Part shown: positions 7,943 through 11,974 of the stretch, piece by piece
Layout of the letters: each line of letters begins with the position of its first letter
Position numbering within the stretch: the stretch's first letter is position 1
From: an uncultured Deinococcales bacterium
Lineage (GTDB): Bacteria > Deinococcota > Deinococci > Deinococcales > JAAFIG01
Length of the DNA stretch: 11,974 nucleotides
Direction: 5' to 3'
Assembly: GCA_964247135.1 (NCBI GenBank)
Contig: CAXTTL010000149.1
Location: 1-11,974, forward strand
Notes under the pieces: generated by a model
What the model saw: only the letters and a program-made list of their open reading frames with translations
Database searches by the model: none
What the model was told of the DNA's origin: nothing
Translations under genes and position numbers: made by a program

Positions 7943-7965
7943 AATGAATTATAGACGCAGGAGGG
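7937..7965. promoter_or_regulatory. Compact divergent promoter between xdhA and the lipoprotein gene
   Basis: Minus strand: TATAAT (7953-7948) 5 nt before the xdhA ATG. Plus strand: TG-T-CATAAT (7937-7945), then SD AGGAGGG (7959-7965) before GTG 7976. Confidence 0.6.
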
Positions 7966-7975
7966 ATTCTCGTTC

Positions 7976-9124
7976 GTGAGCCACACCCGAAACCGTTGGA
8001 ATCTGGCGGCTCGAGCGGTATTGTTCGGGATTTTAATGTTGTTGGTGGCTTGTAACGATCCACCAAATTCCAAACAAACCACCAACCAACTCGAGCACCT
8101 GGGCAACCCGTTCCTCGAGAAACCAGTTATGGCGCGAAATGTTTGGGACATGAAGGTATTTGATGGTCAACTCTATTTTGGTCACGGTGACACCGTGGCG
8201 AATTCTGGACCGATCAAGTTGTTCAGGTTCGATACAACCACCAAACAGTTTATTTCCGATTTTACCGTCGATGACGAATCCATTAACGGTTTTGATGTGG
8301 TCGGCAATCAACTGGTCATCGCGGGTTCCGACCCGCAAGAAGCTTGGGAGTTGGGCAATTTTTACCGCCTCGAGGCGGGAACTTGGCACAAGCACCGCAC
8401 GATTCCTTGGGGGCTTCACGCCTATCAACTGACCGAATTTGAAGGCAAGCTGTTTGTTGGCATCAGCACCGATCACTTGCACCCGAGTTTGCTCTCCTCG
8501 AGCGACCAGGGATTGACCTGGCTCGACGCGACAAACAACCAATTTCTGGATCGTCCTTTCAACAAACTCATCGTGTTAAACCAGCAACTTTACGCCACCG
8601 GACTGCTCGAGACGGGGACACTCAAGCTCGAGCATGGCGTGTTTGAGGGTGCGAATATTCCTCTAACACAAATTGCGCCAGGCTTAACGCCCGATGCGCC
8701 AATGCTGATCCAAAAGCTCGAGTATTTTAAGGGTGGCGTGGTCTACACGGTTGGCAAGCGTCAAATGTACACGACCGACCCGAGCGAGGAGCGTTTTGAA
8801 ACAATCGCGCAAGCCGCGTTTTTCAGCAGCAATTTTCGGGACACCGTAGCGATTCCCTTGCCAAAGGACAGCGTCCCAACCGATATTCTTTTAAAAGATG
8901 CTCAGGTTTTGATTTTAACGCACCGCAAACTCGAGGTTGGTTTTGAAAACATTGTCATTCAAAGTGATGACGCGCATTCTTGGAAGGAAACCCTGCGTTT
9001 CTCGAGCGACAGTTTTGCGCGGTCATTCGAGTTTTTGAAGGCTCAATTTTATTTTGGTTTGGGTTGTTATTACACTGAACAAAACTGCAATGCGAACGGT
9101 GATGTCTTGCGGTTCACGCCATAA
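7976..9124 (+). CDS. Lipoprotein with Asp-box (BNR) repeats, probable beta-propeller, function unknown
   Basis: Lipobox LVAC; SSDQGLTW and QSDDAHSW Asp-boxes; repeated blade-like motifs (FDGQLYFG, FEGKLFVG, LNQQLYAT, LKAQFYFG); SD upstream. Confidence 0.75.
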   Translation: MSHTRNRWNLAARAVLFGILMLLVACNDPPNSKQTTNQLEHLGNPFLEKPVMARNVWDMKVFDGQLYFGHGDTVANSGPIKLFRFDTTTKQFISDFTVDDESINGFDVVGNQLVIAGSDPQEAWELGNFYRLEAGTWHKHRTIPWGLHAYQLTEFEGKLFVGISTDHLHPSLLSSSDQGLTWLDATNNQFLDRPFNKLIVLNQQLYATGLLETGTLKLEHGVFEGANIPLTQIAPGLTPDAPMLIQKLEYFKGGVVYTVGKRQMYTTDPSEERFETIAQAAFFSSNFRDTVAIPLPKDSVPTDILLKDAQVLILTHRKLEVGFENIVIQSDDAHSWKETLRFSSDSFARSFEFLKAQFYFGLGCYYTEQNCNANGDVLRFTP

Positions 9125-9240
9125 ACTCGAGCCTCTGGGCTTGCAAAAGCATTATTTTGAAAATCCCATGCATCAATCAGACAGGGGTAAAACTGTGTTG
9201 ACCTCGGTTTGTGAAGGATTTTTCTTAGAAAAAGATTTTG

Positions 9241-9299
9241 GTAGGGTGCGCCGTGCGCACCGTCATCTACGTACTCATGGTGCGCGAGGCGCACCCTAC
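9241..9299. repeat. Inverted REP doublet (REPIN-like) between convergent genes
   Basis: GTAG-GGTGCGC-CGT-GCGCACC (9241-9261), a 17-nt spacer, then GGTGCGC-GAG-GCGCACC-CTAC (9279-9299). Confidence 0.85.
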
Positions 9300-9364
9300 A
9301 GTTTTGGAGTTTTTGAAAGAATCATTCTGGTTTCTCGAGGGTCAACATCCTAGGTATCTCTGCA

Positions 9365-9913
9365 TCAATTGGGCTTACCGAAAGTCACCACCCAGTACGC
9401 ACCGCGTTTTGCCAGTCCAACTTGGGTAAAATCACCGTCCATGACGTTGTTGCAGTGGCGGTTGGGGCTGTTCATAAAACCGTTCACACCACTGACCGAA
9501 TCCTTGTTAACGACCGCCACAACGTCAGGTTGTCCCGCCGCAATATTCTCGCCAATCGGGTTGCCCTGATAGCCTGCCGCCATAATCCGTCCGACAACCG
9601 CGCCGTCACCCGCCCCATTGTGTGGATCGCCAGTGGTGATGTCAACGTTATTTTGTTCGAGCCAACGCGCGTGGCTGAGGGCGGCAAGCTCGAGTTTGTC
9701 GCTCGAGGTGTAATCTTTGCTGGCTGGAATCGCTGGGAAGGTTTCGTTGTTAAAAATGCAGGTTCGGGCAGCGTGTCTGGCGAGGTTCAATTCGTTTAAA
9801 AAATCGGCTTTGAGTTGTATGGTCAGTTCGTTTGCGCCGCCCTCGGTCAGTTTAAAGGTGTTGCACGAAACCAAGAATGCCAAAAGCAAAAATCCAACGA
9901 TGGGTCTTTTCAT
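9365..9913 (-). CDS. CAP/SCP-domain lipoprotein (182 aa)
   Basis: Lipobox LVSC; LNLAR...C, AALSHA, AGY...GENIAAGQ, SPNRHCNNVM, FTQVGLA and YWVVTFG. TAAAGT-N7-ATG supports the start at 9913. Confidence 0.88.
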   Translation of the reverse strand: MKRPIVGFLLLAFLVSCNTFKLTEGGANELTIQLKADFLNELNLARHAARTCIFNNETFPAIPASKDYTSSDKLELAALSHARWLEQNNVDITTGDPHNGAGDGAVVGRIMAAGYQGNPIGENIAAGQPDVVAVVNKDSVSGVNGFMNSPNRHCNNVMDGDFTQVGLAKRGAYWVVTFGKPN

Positions 9914-9920
9914 AGCAATC

Positions 9921-9926
9921 ACTTTA
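9921..9926 (-). promoter_or_regulatory. -10 box TAAAGT, leaderless CAP gene
   Basis: TANNNT 7 nt upstream of ATG 9913. Confidence 0.55.
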
Positions 9927-10040
9927 GCGTCAACTTAAACGTTTCAAGGCGAAAAACCAGCACAAATCGTTCAACACGAACTGTAAGACGGCTCGGGTTT
10001 ACACCTGAACGATTCTGGAACGCAAAGCCTCAAAACAACG

Positions 10041-10046
10041 TATCGT
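10041..10046 (+). promoter_or_regulatory. -10 box TATCGT, leaderless VWA-FHA gene
   Basis: TANNNT 7 nt upstream of ATG 10054, no SD. Confidence 0.55.
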
Positions 10047-10053
10047 ATCAAGA

Positions 10054-11943
10054 ATGAAATTCTTGTCCTCGAGTTTACGCTTTGGTTACATTGGCGCGAT
10101 TGCCTGCGTGGTCGCAGCCATTTTGTTCGAGCTGTTGTTTCCGAGTGCGACCACGACTCCAGCCGTGAACGTGCCGACAGATGTGGCACTGCTAATTGAC
10201 ACCAGCGGTTCGATGCAAGATCAGGGCAAAATCGATGAGGTCAAGCGTGCCGCCAGCGATTATGTCTCCAAGCAACCCAGCACGACCCGTGTGGCGGTGG
10301 TGCGTTTCTCGAGCGACGCCCAGATTGTCAGTCCGCTTGGGGCGGCGACCAGCGAGCATCTCAGCGCCATCAATTCGTTTAACGCCGACGGTGCGACCAA
10401 CATGGCAGATGGCTTGCAGACCGCAGCCCAGGCACTCGAGGCGGATGCTGGCACCCATACAAGCCGCACGATTTTACTCTTTACCGATGGCGAGCCAGGC
10501 TCGAACCTCGAACCCGCCGATGTTGCCAAACCCAAAACGGTGCAAGCCGCCGATGGCATTCGGGCTGGTGAGATTCGGATTGTGGCGGTCGGCACCAACG
10601 ATGCCGACATCAACTTCTTGGCTCAAGTCACAGGCGACCGAAACCTGTTCTTTGCCACCACCGCAGGGCAGTTTTCGGACGCCTTCCAAAAAGCCGACAA
10701 CGCCATTCGCGGCTTGTTCAAATCCAGCGGCGGCAGCGTGCTCGAGGTGCTCGGCGGTGGCTTGGCTCGAGGCGCTTTGACGGCTTTGATTCTAGCGGCG
10801 GCATTGTTGATTGCCGAGAACGTGCTGGGCTTGCGCGGACGCTGGTGGCGCGACCTGGCATGGATTCCGTTGGTGGCTGCCGCCCTCGGTGCGGGCGGCG
10901 CACTGATCGGGCAACTGTTGTTCGGTTTATTCGGCGGCGGCACGGTTGCCCGCGCGTTGGGCTGGGCGCTGTTTGGCGCGGCGGCAGGCGCAATGCTCGG
11001 GCTTGCTGACCGATCAAAGAGCAAAGCCACCCGTGGCGCGGTCGGCGGTGCCATCGGCGGCTTTCTGGGCGGTTTTGTCTTTGACATTCTGGCGCAAGGC
11101 TTGCAGGGCGGCTTGGGTGAGGTTGTGGCTCGAGTCTTGGGTTTGGGCGCACTGGGTTTTGCGATTGGTTTGATGTTGCAACTCGCGCAGCAGGCTTTAA
11201 AAACCGCCTGGCTTTCGGGCATCACCACCGGTCCTTACGAGGGCAAACAGTACATTCTGGGTAAACCCATCGTGACCGTCGGACGTTCGGACGGCAACGA
11301 CATCGGTTTGTACCGTGAGAAAACCCTGGCGTTGAAAGCGGGCGCATTTGCCTTCAACCAAGGACGTTGGACCTACGCTGGCACACCAGTCGAAGTGAAC
11401 GGCTCGAGCACCGCCAGCGCCACCTTGACGGGCGGCGACACGATTCAATTTGGCAACACGCAATTCTTGTTTGAAGAGCGCGGTGCAAACTCGAGCATCC
11501 CAGAACCGAGCAACCCGAGCATCCCAGAAACACCTGAAATCCAAAGTGTACCCTCGAGTGCACCCTCTAACCCAAACCAAACCGATGTCTTTCAGATCAA
11601 TCAAACCGGTAGCGCACCCATCGAAAGACCAAACAAAACGCCGTCGCTGGCAACAGGCTGGCAGTTGGTCGCGCCAACCCAAACCATCACCCTCGAGCTT
11701 GGCAAGACCCTGCACCTCGGACGCACCACCAGCAACGACATTGTTCTGCCAGATTCGAGCGTCAGCAGCAAACACGCCCTCCTGGAAGTGCGCGGCGAGG
11801 CTGTTTACTTGACCGATTTGGGCAGCACCAACGGCACGAGCGTCAACAAGCACCGAATTCAAACCAACACCAAAATCATGCTTCATGCCGGTGACCAGAT
11901 CGCTTTTGGCGCAAGTGCTTTTATGTTGCAAAAAACTAGCTGA
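10054..11943 (+). CDS. Membrane protein: TM - VWA (MIDAS) - 5 TM - degenerate FHA - Pro/Ser linker - FHA
   Basis: DTSGSM, GATN and LFTDG MIDAS motifs; Gly-rich hydrophobic helices; VTVGRSDGNDI (FHA1); LGRTTSNDIVLPDSSVSSKHA...DLGSTNGTSVN (canonical FHA2). Confidence 0.9.
   Translation: MKFLSSSLRFGYIGAIACVVAAILFELLFPSATTTPAVNVPTDVALLIDTSGSMQDQGKIDEVKRAASDYVSKQPSTTRVAVVRFSSDAQIVSPLGAATSEHLSAINSFNADGATNMADGLQTAAQALEADAGTHTSRTILLFTDGEPGSNLEPADVAKPKTVQAADGIRAGEIRIVAVGTNDADINFLAQVTGDRNLFFATTAGQFSDAFQKADNAIRGLFKSSGGSVLEVLGGGLARGALTALILAAALLIAENVLGLRGRWWRDLAWIPLVAAALGAGGALIGQLLFGLFGGGTVARALGWALFGAAAGAMLGLADRSKSKATRGAVGGAIGGFLGGFVFDILAQGLQGGLGEVVARVLGLGALGFAIGLMLQLAQQALKTAWLSGITTGPYEGKQYILGKPIVTVGRSDGNDIGLYREKTLALKAGAFAFNQGRWTYAGTPVEVNGSSTASATLTGGDTIQFGNTQFLFEERGANSSIPEPSNPSIPETPEIQSVPSSAPSNPNQTDVFQINQTGSAPIERPNKTPSLATGWQLVAPTQTITLELGKTLHLGRTTSNDIVLPDSSVSSKHALLEVRGEAVYLTDLGSTNGTSVNKHRIQTNTKIMLHAGDQIAFGASAFMLQKTS
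11488..11529 (+). repeat. Short in-frame duplication (24-nt period) in the FHA-FHA linker
   Basis: AACTCGAGCATCCCAGAA (11488-11505) and AACCCGAGCATCCCAGAA (11512-11529), giving SSIPEPSNPSIPE. Confidence 0.7.
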
Positions 11944-11974
11944 GCAAACACTGATACGATCTCCAGGGATTGAC

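Larger units (their letters stand above)
100..11697. repeat. Highly iterated palindrome CTCGAG dispersed throughout the window
   Basis: About 100 copies by hand count in 11,974 bp, present in every complete gene and at 5 intergenic positions. Confidence 0.95.

Noticed and set aside
9219-9233. TTTTTCT-T-AGAAAAA dyad next to the REP doublet
   Set aside because: AT-rich and low complexity with a 1-nt loop; likely chance.
1658-9299. Palindromic repeats as a CRISPR array or IS ends
   Set aside because: The copies are dispersed and non-identical, with no regular spacers, and there is no cas or transposase gene in the window.
9054-9429. Small ORFs across the 9125-9364 spacer
   Set aside because: They read through the REP doublet, overlap neighbouring genes, and have no SD or correctly spaced -10.
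100-11697. CTCGAG sites as XhoI cloning or ligation artefacts
   Set aside because: The sites sit inside intact, motif-complete ORFs in all frames without breaking homology, so they are native sequence.
11952-11960. Extended -10-like TGATACGAT after the VWA-FHA stop
   Set aside because: Plausible promoter for the next gene, but the window ends before a start can be verified.

Overview
Bacterial chromosomal segment, most likely Deinococcota (inferred from the RlmN N-terminus and pervasive leaderless gene starts). It encodes an exported hypothetical protein, an atypical SDR oxidoreductase, rlmN, a His1/YtkA-like membrane-anchored protein, an xdhABC xanthine dehydrogenase operon, an Asp-box beta-propeller lipoprotein, a CAP/SCP lipoprotein and a VWA-6TM-FHA-FHA membrane protein. 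The most striking signals lie below gene level. (1) The palindrome CTCGAG occurs about 100 times by hand count, versus about 3 expected, in all three codon frames and in intergenic DNA, resembling the cyanobacterial HIP1 phenomenon. (2) GTAG-family REP palindromes occur as an intergenic doublet, in frame inside xdhA, and as a decayed tandem array at the 5' end of rlmN. (3) A BoxC-like hairpin between xdhB and xdhC could pair with the xdhC Shine-Dalgarno. (4) Eight gene starts have a TANNNT box 5-7 nt upstream of the ATG, which indicates leaderless mRNAs.
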